From Mobula hypostoma (Eukaryota): a DNA stretch of 64,000 nucleotides. Made by a program: the position numbers and the translations under genes. The notes beneath the pieces are model-generated. The model searched no databases and was not told the DNA's origin. It was given only the letters and a program-made list of their open reading frames with translations. Below are positions 50,878 through 62,620 of this stretch, one piece after another; the stretch's first letter is position 1, and every line of letters starts with the position of its first letter. Where the stretch lies: positions 17,112,001 through 17,176,000 of the forward strand of contig NC_086108.1 in assembly GCF_963921235.1 (NCBI RefSeq). The letters are read 5' to 3'.

Positions 50878-52910
50878 CAAGACCATAAGACATAGGAGCA
50901 TAATTAGACCATTTGGCCATCAAGTCTGTGCTACATTTGATTATGGCTGATTTATTATCCCTTTCAACACCATTCTCCTGCATTCTCCCTGTAACCTATG
51001 ATGCCCTTAGAATCAAGCAGCTATCCAACTCCACTTTTAATATACTCAATGACTTGGACTCCACAGCCATCTGTGCAAAGAATTCCACAAATTCACTACC
51101 CTTTGCCTAAAGAACTTCCTCTTCATCTTTGATCAAAAGGGACATCCTTGTATTCTGTGGCTGTGACCACAGTTTCTAGACTCCCCCACTCTAGGAAGTA
51201 TCCTCTTCATGCTACTCTCACTAGGCCTTTCAATATTTGATAGGCTTCGAGGAGATCTACCTCATTCTTCTGAACTTCAGTGAGTACAGGCATCAAACAC
51301 TCTTCATACCTTTCACCCAGAATCATTCTAATGAACCTCCTCTGGACCCTTCCCAATTCCCAGCACTTCCTTTCTTAGGTAAAAGGGCCAAAACTGTTCA
51401 CAATGTTCCAAGTGTGGTCTGACCAATGCTTTATAAAGCCTCACCATTATGTCCTTGCTTTTATATTCTAGAAATGAATGCTAACATTGTATTGACCTTT
51501 CTTAGCACCAACTCAATCTGCAAGTTAAACCTTTAGTGAATCTTGCATGAGGATACCCAAGTCCCTTTGTACCTCTGATTTCTGAATGTTCCTCCCATTT
51601 AGAAAATAATCTACGCCTTTATTCTTTCTACCAAAGTGCATGACCATACACTTTCCTACACTATATTCCACCTATCACTTTTTTGCCCTTTCTCCTAATT
51701 TGCCTAGGTCCTTCTGTGCACTTCCTGCTTCCTCAACATGACCTGCCCTTCCACTTATCTTTATAACATCTACAAACTTGGCCACAAAGCCATAATTTCC
51801 ATCATCTGAAGTGATGACATATAATGTGAAAAGAAACTGTCCCAATGCCTACCTGCGTGGAACACTACTAGCCTCTGGCAGCTCCATATAAAAGGTCCCT
51901 TTATTCCCACTCTTTGCCCCCTACCAGTCAGCCAATCTTCTATCTGTACTAGTGTCTTTCCTGTAATACAATGAGCTGGTGCATTGCAAAGTCAGGGGAC
52001 AATGTGTTCGAGGCAGTTTCAGAGATGGAGATGGAGTTGGAATGAGCAATTTGAAGAGGAGTCGAGGCTGAGAAGTTTTGATGCCCATCCACCTAAAACA
52101 AGTGTGAGGTTGTGAGCTCTAAGTATGAAACTGATCTGGAGAGGTTGAGAACAACTTCGAGCTGGGTGGCGAAGTCTAGGTCTTGTGCTGGGGCCTGGTG
52201 AGGCACGACCTGGTGTCTGGATGATTTAAATACCGGCCAAAATAGACTGAAAAGGTAGGGTGCCGGGACCAGAAGCAAGGGTCAAGCTTACTTCGCTCTC
52301 TCTTCCACGATATTCACTTCTCTTTCCGCGGTGCTGAGGCTGTGAGTCTGCTCCTGTTACCACACACTTTGTGATGGCTTGTCCTGCTAACTTGAGACCG
52401 AGGCTTTGGACTTGCTCCTGCTGCTCTAGGGACTGAATTTGGTTTGGAATGCTGTAGTTTGCTTCTATTGTTTGCATGATTTGTGTTTTTTTCTCTTTTG
52501 CTGCCCATTGGGTGTTGATCTTTTTTTTAATTGGGTTCTTTCGGGTTTCCTGCTTTGTGGCTGTCAGTAAGCAGACAAATCTCAAGGTTCTAAGATTTAA
52601 ATACACTTTGATAATAAATGTACTTGAATCTTATCTTCTGTTGCACCTTGTCAAAGACCTTCTGGAACTCCATGTAAGCAACATCCTCTGACTCTCCTTT
52701 GTCTATCCTGCCTGTTATTTCCTCAAAGAATGCCATCAGATTTGTCAGGCAAGATTTCCCCATCTTGGAACTATGTTGACTCATGCCTATTTTATCATGT
52801 GCTACTAAGTAACCTGAAAACTTATCCTTAATGATGGACTCCAACATCTTTCCAACCACTGAAGTCAGGCTAAGTGGTCTGTAATTTCTTGTCTTTTACC
52901 TCCCTCCCTT
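50878..52910 (-). mobile_element. CR1 3' half, interrupted at ~51975-52630
   Basis: (accataag) tail; VGKMLESIIKD...GKSCLTNL..FFEEIT...Y.EFQKVFDKV. Confidence 0.85.
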
Positions 52911-52914
52911 CTGG

Positions 52915-53425
52915 TGAAATTTCACTTGGAGTATTGTCATCCTTATCTAAGAAAGAATGTGAGGACATTGGAGAGCGTTCAAAGGAGGCTCACAAAATTA
53001 TTGTAGGAATGAAAGTCTTATCATATGAGGAGTGGTTGATAGCTCTAGGCCTGTACCCTGTGGAATTTAGAAGAATAACAGGAGATCTCATTCAGACCTA
53101 TCGAATGTTGAAAGGCCCAGATAGCGTGGATGTGAAGAGGATGCTTCCTATGGTGGGGGAGTCAAGGACTAGGGCACGACCTTAGAACAAAGATGAAGAG
53201 GAATTTCTTTAGCCAGATGGTGGTGAATTTGTGGAATTTGTTGCCACAAACAGCTGTGGAGGTCAAGTCATTTAAGGAGGAGGTTGATAAGTTCTTGATA
53301 AGTCAGGAAGGGAAAGATTACTGGAAGAAGGTAGGAGATCAGTTTGAGAGGGAAATGGATCAGCCATGATCAAATGATGGAGAAGACTGACCTGATGGCC
53401 TAATTCTGCTCCAATGTCTTATGGT
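52915..53425 (+). mobile_element. CR1 3' fragment
   Basis: LSYEEWLIALGLYPVEFRRITGDLIQTY; CR1 3' UTR. Confidence 0.8.
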
Positions 53426-53708
53426 GCTGTAGACTGAAGTCTGTTGGAAAGTTCCAAAAGGCTCCACTCTTTTTTAAAATCTCGTGCTGGCTCTCCTCAA
53501 AACAAAAGCGAGTATGGTTTCTACTCAACTCCGTATTTTTGCCCTGCTTTTATTCAACAGATACTATAATTCATTTTCATCAACAATCTCTGCAAATAGA
53601 GAAAAGATTTACAATTCCACTTTCCACTTCCTTATTATACAGGTAGATGAACAAACATTGAATGCAGGATTTTATGAAGTTAACTTGTATTCTTTCTTTT
53701 TGCTTCAG

Positions 53709-53874
53709 GTATATTTATTCATGAAATGGCCACAAGAATGCTGAAAAATTGTACTCTGGAACCAGGAGATGAAATGTTGGATATCAATGGGAATGTGTGG
53801 AAGGTCACACTTTCAATGTGATCAACAATCTGATATTACAGGACAACAGAGTGCCAATTAGGGTCAGAAGACAG
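53709..53874 (+). pseudogene. KIAA1614: Frameshifted PDZ-domain terminal exon of KIAA1614-like gene
   Basis: Strong acceptor tctttcttttttgcttcAG; GIFIHEMATRMLKNCTLEPGDEMLDINGN, then after a 1-nt shift near 53795 VEGHTFNVINNLILQDNRVPIRVRRQ; abuts CR1 tail. Confidence 0.72.
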
Positions 53875-56710
53875 AACATAGAACATAGAAATCTACAGCA
53901 CATTACAGGTCCTGCGGCCCACAATGTTGTGCCAACAATGTAAGTACTCTAGAAACTGCCTAGAATTTCCCTAGCGTATAGCCTTCTATTTTCCGAAGTT
54001 CTATGTACCTATCTAAGAGGCTCTTAAAAGACCTTATTGTATCCGCTTCCACCACTGCTGCTGGAAGTACATTCCAAACACCCACCACTCTCTGCGTGAA
54101 ATCCCCTCGGTACCTATTTTCAAGCACCTTAAAACTATGCCCCCTCGTGTTGGCCATTTCAGCCCTGGGAAAAAGCCTCTGGCTATCCACATGATCAATG
54201 CCCCTCATCATCTTATACACCTCTATCAGGTCACCTCTCATCCTCCGTCGCTCCAAGGAGAAAAGGCCAAGTTCACTCAACCTATTCTCATAAGGTACGC
54301 CCTCCAATCCAGGCAACATCCTTGTAAATCTCCTCTACACTCTCTCTATAGTATCCACATTCTTCCTGCAGTGTGGTGACCAGAGCTGAACACAGTACTC
54401 CAAGTGGGGTCTGACCAAGGTCTCATATAGCTGTAACATTACTTCATGGCTCTTGAACTCAGTCCCACGGTTGATGAATGCCAACACACCATACTTAACA
54501 ACTCTGTCAACCTGCACAGCAGCTTTGAGTGTCATATGCAAGATATCTCTGATCTTCCACACTGCCAAGAGTCTTACCATTAATATTATATTCTGTCTTC
54601 AAATTTAACCAATCAAAATGAACCACTTCACACTTATCTGGGTTGAAGTCCATCTGCCACTTCTCAGCCCAGTTCTGCATCCTATCGATGTCTTGCTGTA
54701 ACCTCTGACAACCCTCCAGACTATCCACAACACCCCTAACCTTGTGTCATCAGCAATCTTACTAACCCACCCTTCTACTTCTTCATTCAGGTCATTTATC
54801 GATATCAAAAAGAGGAGTTGTCTGCGGAACACCACTGGTCACCAACCTCCATATAGAATATGAACCATCTACAACCACCCTTTGCCTTCTGTGGGCAAGC
54901 CAATTCTGGCTCCACAAAGCAAGGTCTCCTTGGATCCCATGCCTCCTTACTTTCTGAAGGAGCCTGGCATGGGGAACCTTATCAAATGCCTTACAGAAAT
55001 CCATTACACTACATCCATTGTTCTACCTTCATCAATGTGTTTTGTTACATCCTCAAAGAATTCAATTAGGATCGTAAGGCATGACCTACCCTTAATGAAG
55101 CCATGCTGACGATCCCTAATCAGGTTATGTCTCTCCAAATGCTTATAAATCCTGTCTCCCAGGATCTTCTCCAACAACTTGCCCACCACTGAAGTTAGAC
55201 TCACTGGTCTATAATTTCCTGGGTTATCTCTACTCCCTTTCTTGAACAAGGGAACAACATTTGCAACCCTCCAATCCTCTGGTACTTCTCCTGTCCCTAT
55301 TGATGATGCAAAGATCATCACAAGAGGCTCAGCAATTTCCTCCCTCACTTCCCACAGTAGCTTGTGGTATATCTCATCCGGTCCCTGTGACTTATCTAAC
55401 TTAATGCTTTTCAAAAGCTCCAACACATCCTCTTTCTTAATGTCTATATGTTCAAGTGTAGCATCCTAGTAAGCCTCAGGCTCGCTCAGCTCACTTTTGT
55501 CTAGGGGGAGCAGCCTTCGGCCCCACCAAACTGGGTAATCAAGTTTGTGTGGATGCTATGTGATGTACCCCACCACGCCAAATAACAGACAGTACACCAT
55601 ATGTGATTAAATGATTACACTTTATAAGTATTTCTTGGTGATGGGTTAGTAGAAACAAATACAATAAAGGAGCCAAGTCAGTAACTCTAACAATTCTGTA
55701 CACAAATAGTTCATTGGAGCTCTTACAGAACATTATTTCCTCCAGTTGATGTCCTCTGAACTCTGCCAACCCTTAAATGGGACCACCCTCGGTGGTCGGC
55801 CGAACGCTCCCCACGGGTCTGTCCTCGTCTCCTCTCCTTGCTGAAGACCCTGGGCCTTGAACTCCCACTCGGGGTCCGTTCCATCGCCCAGCTTACAGCA
55901 TCATGTCTCCTCTCTCTGTCCCCATCGTGCCTTCTCCCCAAAGCCCACAAAAACAATAGCTTACAGACACACAAGAAAGAATAACATCTATCCCAATTGG
56001 TTAGCAAATGAATACAATTCTCGTTATCAGTAATTATAATCCAAACAAGCTGCTACCGTTAACTCAGCAATTAACATTACAGAGAAGCCATTTTATTAGC
56101 TTTAGCAGTAACATCAAAGAAGAAACCCCTTACAGTCAGCTGTAAGTCATACCCACAACTGCCAAGGTCTTTTTTTCTGGTGAATACTGAAGCAAAGTAC
56201 TCATTACGTACCTCTGCTACCTCCTCTGACTCCATGCACATACTTCCACTATCAGAACTGATTGGTCCTATTCTCACACGGCTCGTCCTCTTGCTCTTCA
56301 CATATTTGTAGAATACCTTGGGGTTTTCCTTAATCCTGCTCATCAAGGCCTTCTCATGGCCCCTTCTGGCTCTCCTGATTCCATTCTTAAGCTCCTTAGC
56401 AATCTTGTAGTTTTCTGGACCTCTAACAGTACCTACTTTCTCAAGCTTTTACTTTCTTCTTAACTAGATTTTCTACATCCTTTGTACACGATGGTCCTGC
56501 CTCAATGAACATACTTATGCAGAACTCCATGCAAATGTTCCCTGAGAACATCTGCTCCCAATTTATGCTCCCAAGTTCCTGCCTAATAGCATCATATTTC
56601 CCCCACCCCAATTAAATGTTTTCCCAAATTGTCTGTTCCTATCCCTCTCCAGCGCTATGGTGAAGGAGATAGAGTTGTGGTCACTACCTCCAAAATGCTC
56701 TCCCATTTGT
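53872..56710 (-). mobile_element. CR1 LINE, 5'-truncated, containing a solo LTR
   Basis: ORFs 55004-55426, 54792-55004, 54507-54728, 53960-54319; (ttctatg)n tail. Confidence 0.95.
55457..56134 (-). mobile_element. Solo LTR (678 bp) related to 5950-9012
   Basis: TGTA...TACA termini; shared gtctagggg, ttggagctc, agaagccatttt and aaagaaga.acccc blocks; TSD not preserved. Confidence 0.78.
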
Positions 56711-57434
56711 AATATAATGCCAACACACGACAAAAGGATATTGGTAGAAACAGCCACTGGCTCATGGTTTATGCACACAGTCAAAGTACTTTTAGTATAT
56801 TCAAAAAGTTAAGAAGTTCTCTGGAGTGGGCACTGCAGTGTTTTATGTACCTTAGTTGTCATGTCTAAGACGTGTAAGGCAACAACATCAACAACTGATT
56901 CGTGGTCTTATCAGACGCCAGGATCCAAATTTGTATCCTTGTGCATACAGTTTTGTTAATCAAACTCTATCTTGTTGCTCAGTTACAACTTCACTGAATT
57001 GTAAAACCTGCAATCCTGCAGAGTACTGATAAGTCCTTTCCCTGATATCCCATTGTCTGAAGCCCTGCTCAGTGTCTGCATAGGTACCAATGTATCTTTC
57101 TGTACAATTCCCTCTCATTCTGAATGAACTTGAGTGTTTATTGGCACAGGCAGACCCTTTCATTTGCCACTCAAGCTTTATGTTATAAGAGATTAGCATT
57201 TGAAGTAAAATTAAACATATGTATTTGATAAATTAATGAACCAACGAAATGTGAGTTTGGGTACAGCTTTGACTGGGTTTTATTCTTCGTCAAGCATCTT
57301 GAAGCTCTTTAACAAAATGAATTGATGCTTTATAGCCAGACCAAAGTACGATCGCCATTCTATCAGAAAAGGCACAGTGAGTTACTGAAAAACCATTTCT
57401 CTATCATTTGTTAGAAAATATTACTGACATACAC

Positions 57435-57605
57435 ACAATGTTCTCCTTGTGACCACATGGGTTTCCTGTGGGTGCTCCAGTTTCCTCCTGCATTCCAAAG
57501 ATGTGCGGGTTAGTAAGTTAATTGAACACATGAGTATAACTGGGCATTGCAGGCTGTAGGACAGAAAGGCCTGTCACCATGCTATATATCTCAATGAATA
57601 AATAA
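57435..57605 (+). mobile_element. V-SINE (HE1-like) 3' part
   Basis: gggtttcc..tgggtgctccagtttcctcc..cattccaaagatgtg V-domain; (aata)n tail. Confidence 0.75.
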
Positions 57606-58119
57606 ACCTCAGTCCCTGCTCTTTAATAATAAAACAGTTTTGAATTCAAAATTTGCCTGTTTTCTTTGCAATATTGTTTAGGAATACAAACACATTATTC
57701 ATGAAATAAAATTATTATTCATTTAACAGCACTGGTGACAGTTACTTATTTCAAGAAACAGAACATCCATTCTGCTTGCTAGTCTTTTCCCCTCATTTCC
57801 CCCTAAAATGTTCTCCTCTGAGAACTGGTGCTCAGGGATTCCAATAGCAAAGAGATTGCTTAATTGGGGTCACAAGTTAAACCCTTCTAAAATAAGTGAA
57901 GTCTATGACTGATAGTTCAGTCCATGATGTAGAGATGAGTACAGGAAGTTCAATATCCAAAATTGTTAGTTATAGAAAATAGGAGAGCTTGAGAGGCAAC
58001 AAGGATTGTGAAAGATTGAGGAGAGATGGGAGTGGGAGGATATAATAGTGGCAGTTACAGGTTAATGGGTGGAAGTATAAGATAATCAATTTTAAGAAGA
58101 AACTTGATTAATAAATCAA

Positions 58120-58634
58120 TGAATGCTATTAGTGAGACTTGGTTGCAGGAGCGGCAGGACTGGCAGCTTAATGTTCCGGAGTTCCGTTGTTTCAGACGTG
58201 ACATAGGAGGAGGGATGAAAGGGGGAGGAGTGGCATTACTAGTCAGGGAGGATATCATAGCTGTGCATAGACAGGACAGCCTGGAGGGCTTGTCTACTGA
58301 GGCCATATGAGTGGAGCTGAGGAATGGGAAAGGGGTGACCACACTAATGGGGTTGTATTATAGACTGCCCAATAGTCAGAGAGAATTGGAGGAGTAAATC
58401 TGTAGAGAGATAGCAGACCGATGTAAGAAACAGAAAGCTGTAATTGTAGGGGATTTTAACTTTCCACATATTGACTGGGACTCCCACACTGTGAAAGGGT
58501 TAGATGGCGTGGAGTTTGTCAAATGTGTTCAGGTAAGTTTTCTAAATCAATATATAGAGGTACCAATGAGAGAAGATGCAATACTTGATCTCCTATTAGG
58601 GAATCAGACAGGGCAGGTGACAGAAGTACGAGTA
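58120..58634 (+). mobile_element. CR1 APE endonuclease fragment
   Basis: AISETWLQ, GGGVALLVRE, IVGDFNFPHIDW, AILDLLL. Confidence 0.88.
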
Positions 58635-59235
58635 GGCAAACATTCTGCAGATGCTGCAAATTCAAGCAGCACACATCAAAGTTGCTGGTGAACGCAGCAG
58701 GCCAGGTAGCATCTCTAGGAAGAGGTACAGTCGACATTTCAGGCCGAGACCCTTCGTCAGGGCTAACTGAAGGAAGAGCTAGTAAGAGATTTGAAAGTGG
58801 GAGGGGGAGGGGGAGATCCAAAATGATAGGAGAAGACAGGAGGGGGAGGGATGGAGCCAAGAGGTGGACAGGTGATTGGCAAAAGGGATATGAGAGGATC
58901 ATGGGACAGGAGGCCCAGGGAGAAGGAAAAGCCGGGGGGGGGTGGGAACCCAGAGGATCGGCAAGGGGTATAGTCAGAGGGTCAGAGGGAGAAAAAAGAG
59001 GGAGAGAGAAAGAATACGTATATATAAATAAATAACGGATGGGGTACAAGGGGGAGGTGGGGCATTAGCAGAAGTTAGAGAAATCAATGTTCATGCCATC
59101 AGGTTGGAGGCTACCCAGATGGAATATAAGGTGTTGTTCCTCCAGCCTGAGTGTGGCTTCATCTTTACTATAGAGGAGGCTGTGGATAGACATATCAGAA
59201 TGGGAATGGGACATGGAATTAAAATGTGTAGCCAC
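58635..59235 (-). mobile_element. Penelope 3' fragment (same family as 6072-8457)
   Basis: VATHFNSMSHSHSDM...LGSLQPDGMNIDFSNF; full pLTR and tail. Confidence 0.92.
58728..58769 (-). ncRNA. Minimal hammerhead ribozyme motif
   Basis: Minus strand: agcc CTGACGA agggtctcggcct GAAA tGTC gact; stem I mismatch. Confidence 0.72.
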
Positions 59236-59974
59236 TCTCTTGCTTGGTTTGAATTTGTAGAAGGTAATAGCATTCAAATTGTCAAAGCTGTTGAGCATCC
59301 TTTGTGATTCAAGTTTTTTTTAGATTATGAGGACACTCAGTCCTCGTTTGTCATTTAGAAATGCATGCATTAAAAAAAATGATACAATATTCCTCCAGAG
59401 AGATATCACAGAAACACAAGACAAACGAAGACTAAAACTGACAAAACCACATAATTATAATATATAGTTACAGCAGTGCAAAGCAATACCATAATTTGAT
59501 AAAGAACAGACCCTGGGCACGGTAAAAAAAAGTCTCAAAATTCCGATTGCCTCATCATCTCACGCAGACGATAGAAGGAAGAAACTCACCCTGCCATGAA
59601 CCTCTAAGCGCCGCAAACTTGCCAATGCAGCACCCTGGAAGCACCCGACCGCAGCGGACTCTGAGTCCGTCCGAAAACTTTGAGCCTCCGACCAGCCCTC
59701 TGACACTGAGCACCGAACGCCATCCTCTGCCGAACGCTTCAACCCCACCCCTGCTGCTGAGCAGCAAGCAAAGCCGAGGACTCGGGGCCTTCCCCTCCGG
59801 AGATTCTGTATCACACAGTAGCAGCAGCAGCGAAGCAGGCATTTCAGAAGTTTCACCAGATCTTCGTACTCTCACGTCTATCTCCATCAAATCAGGATTG
59901 TGCACAGATAACAGATATCACCCCGGAGTGACCACTGCGAGCTGTGTTGCACCACCATCTTCTCATCCCGTGTT

Positions 59975-60775
59975 ACTACAAAGAATTCCAACAAATTTGT
60001 CGGGCAAGGTTTCCCCTTAAGGAAACCATGTTGACTTTGGCTTATTTTATCATGTGCCTCCAAGTACCCTGAAACCTCATCCTTAGTAATGGAGTCCAAC
60101 AGCTTACCAACCAGCGAAGTCAGGCTAACTCCCTATGATTTCCTGTCTTTAACTTCCTTCTGTTCTTAAACAGTGGAACAATATTACCTCTAATATTTTT
60201 ACAGCTGTGCAGACCAGCCATTGCTCTCAGCAAGAAGCTTTACACAGCCTGAAAACTGCATGGCATTTTAAGGAAACATTATAAGAGAAAACTCCAGCTG
60301 TCCAGCAACAAAGGCTATGTGAACGGGAGCATTTCAGTTACTGTGCGGTCGCATACCCACACAGTTTAGAGGGAACAGTGGAGTGGAGTGACATTTGCAG
60401 TTTTCCAGTTCTCCAGAAGTATTCCAGAATCTAGTGATCCTTGAAAAATCATTACTAATGCCTCCACAATCTCTTCAACTACCTCTTTCAGGACACTGGT
60501 GTAGTCAATCTCGTCCAGGTGACTTATCTACCTTCACACCTTTCAGCTTCCCAAGCACCTTCTCCTTATCAATAGTGACTACACTCACTTTTCCACTCTG
60601 ACACTCTTGAATCTCAGGCATACTGCTGGTGTATTCTACAGTGAAGACTGGCACAAAATACTTATTGAGTTTGTTCACCATTTTTTGGTTTCCCATTACC
60701 ACCTCACCAATGTCATTTTCCAGTGGTCTGATATCCACTCTTTTACTCTTTATATATCTGAAAAAAACTTGTGCT
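59975..60775 (-). mobile_element. CR1 fragments
   Basis: SQHGFLKGKPCPTNLLEFF; LNKYFVPVFTVE; KLKGVKVDKSPG. Confidence 0.8.
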
Positions 60776-61305
60776 ATACTTTTTTATATTATTGTTGGCC
60801 AGAATGAATGCTGTCTACAAATTAATGAATTTGCATGAATCAAGGACACTGGAAGTAGACAGACCAATTGTCTTTGTTCTTGCTCAGTGCTTGAAGAAAT
60901 GGAGGCTGCCATTTTGTGAACTGCTGTACACCTTCCATTTTGTGAAATTAAGTTTCTTGGCTTGATCAGTGTTTTTAAGTAGACACAATGTTGTTGCAGG
61001 TAACCTGCTGGTCTAGAGATCATATCCAAATCGGAAGTTATTTGTGAAGTGTTCTTTGGTACAGTGTAACATCCAGGTTTGTGAATGTTGGGGTCTGTGT
61101 CTGTCCTGAGAGATTCAAGCTGGTTGCTGGTTTGGTAACTGATTTTAAACAAAGTGTCATAGATTACCAGAGTCAATAAGAAGGTGTTAAAGGTCAGTCA
61201 GATGACCCATAGCCAATTACACTGAAAGGCAACATTTGAACTGGTAAAGAATGAATATAAAAACTAGAGGTTTTCAGATGCAGGGCAGTGAAGACTCTCT
61301 CTAGT

Positions 61306-61460
61306 CATCACATAGTCATAGTCATAGTCATACTTTATTGATCCCGGGGGAAATTGGTTTTCATTACAGTTGCACCATAAATAATAAATAGTAACAGAAC
61401 CATAAATAGTAATATGTAAATTATGCCAGTAAATTATGAAATAAGTCCAGGACCAGCCTA
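61306..61460 (-). mobile_element. Short Rex1 3' end (family of 9235-10778)
   Basis: (gtcata)n tail followed by ctttattgatcccgggggaaattgg, as at 9235-9280. Confidence 0.85.
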
Positions 61461-62139
61461 TCGTGGATGTGAAGTACGCCATGGATGTGGAGATTCGAAA
61501 CGGGACTATGAGGAACATGTGTCCAGCAAAGACTCCTTTATAATGGTATTATCTTTTCTATTCTTTAACTGTTCATGGAAGGTCAGGAAAACTTAGGAGG
61601 TGTACACACTGGTACTCAATTGTGTAAATTCACCTGTTCTTCTGTTGAGACAATAAACATACTTGTTGAGAATTACAGATTCCCTTTGTGCCCCCATGAT
61701 CATTATTACTAAGGGGAAGATCCTTGTAACATTATTGACTAGCTTACCTTCATATTTCTTCTTTTCTCTCATTATTTTTTGGTTTTCTTCTGTTAGTCCT
61801 TTAAAAATTTCCTAATCTTCTAAACTTGCTCTATATTTTGCTATATTGTAAACCAGTCTATTTTGTTCTTATGCTGTATTTGACTTCCCTTGTCAGCCAC
61901 AGTTGTTCTATCCTCCCTTTAGAATACTTCTTTGGGATCATTCTATCCTGCATCTTTTGAATTGCTCCCAGATCTTCAGTATTTGCTGCTCTGCTGTCTT
62001 CCCTGCCAGTGTCCCCTTCCAATCAAATTTGGCTAGCTCCTCTCTTGTGCCTCCGTAGTTTCTTTTACTCCACCGTCATTCTGATACATCTGATCTTAGC
62101 TGCTTCTTTTCAAACTGCAGGGTGATCTATCATAGTATG

Positions 62140-62620
62140 ATAGATATTACACTTTGGGAGATCAAATGTAAAAGGCCAGTCCACTATTAATGGCAATACC
62201 CTTCATGGTAGTGATGTACAGAGGGATTATGGGGTCCAAGTCCATAGCTCCCTGAAAATGGCTGCACCAATTAATTAGGAGATAAAGTAGACGTATGGTA
62301 TGTTTGCCTTTATTAGTCAAAGCATTGGATTCAAGAGTCATAACGTTATGTTGCAGCTTTATGAAACTCTGGTTAGGCTGCAATTGGAGGTTAGGCTGCA
62401 TTCAATTCTTGTCACTCCATTGCAGGAAGGAAGTGGAGGCTTGAAGAGGGTGCAAGACCTTTACCGGAATGCTGCCTGGATTAGAGAATAAGGAGAGGTT
62501 GGACAAATTTGAATTGGTTTCTCTTTAGTAGCTGAGAAGAGACCTGATAAAAGCTTGCAGGATTATGAGAAACATCTTTTTCCCGAGTTGAAATGTGTAA
62601 TACTAGAGAGCCATTATTTT
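62140..62620 (+). mobile_element. Old CR1 3' fragment
   Basis: FAFISQSIGFKSHNVMLQLYETLVR. Confidence 0.75.
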
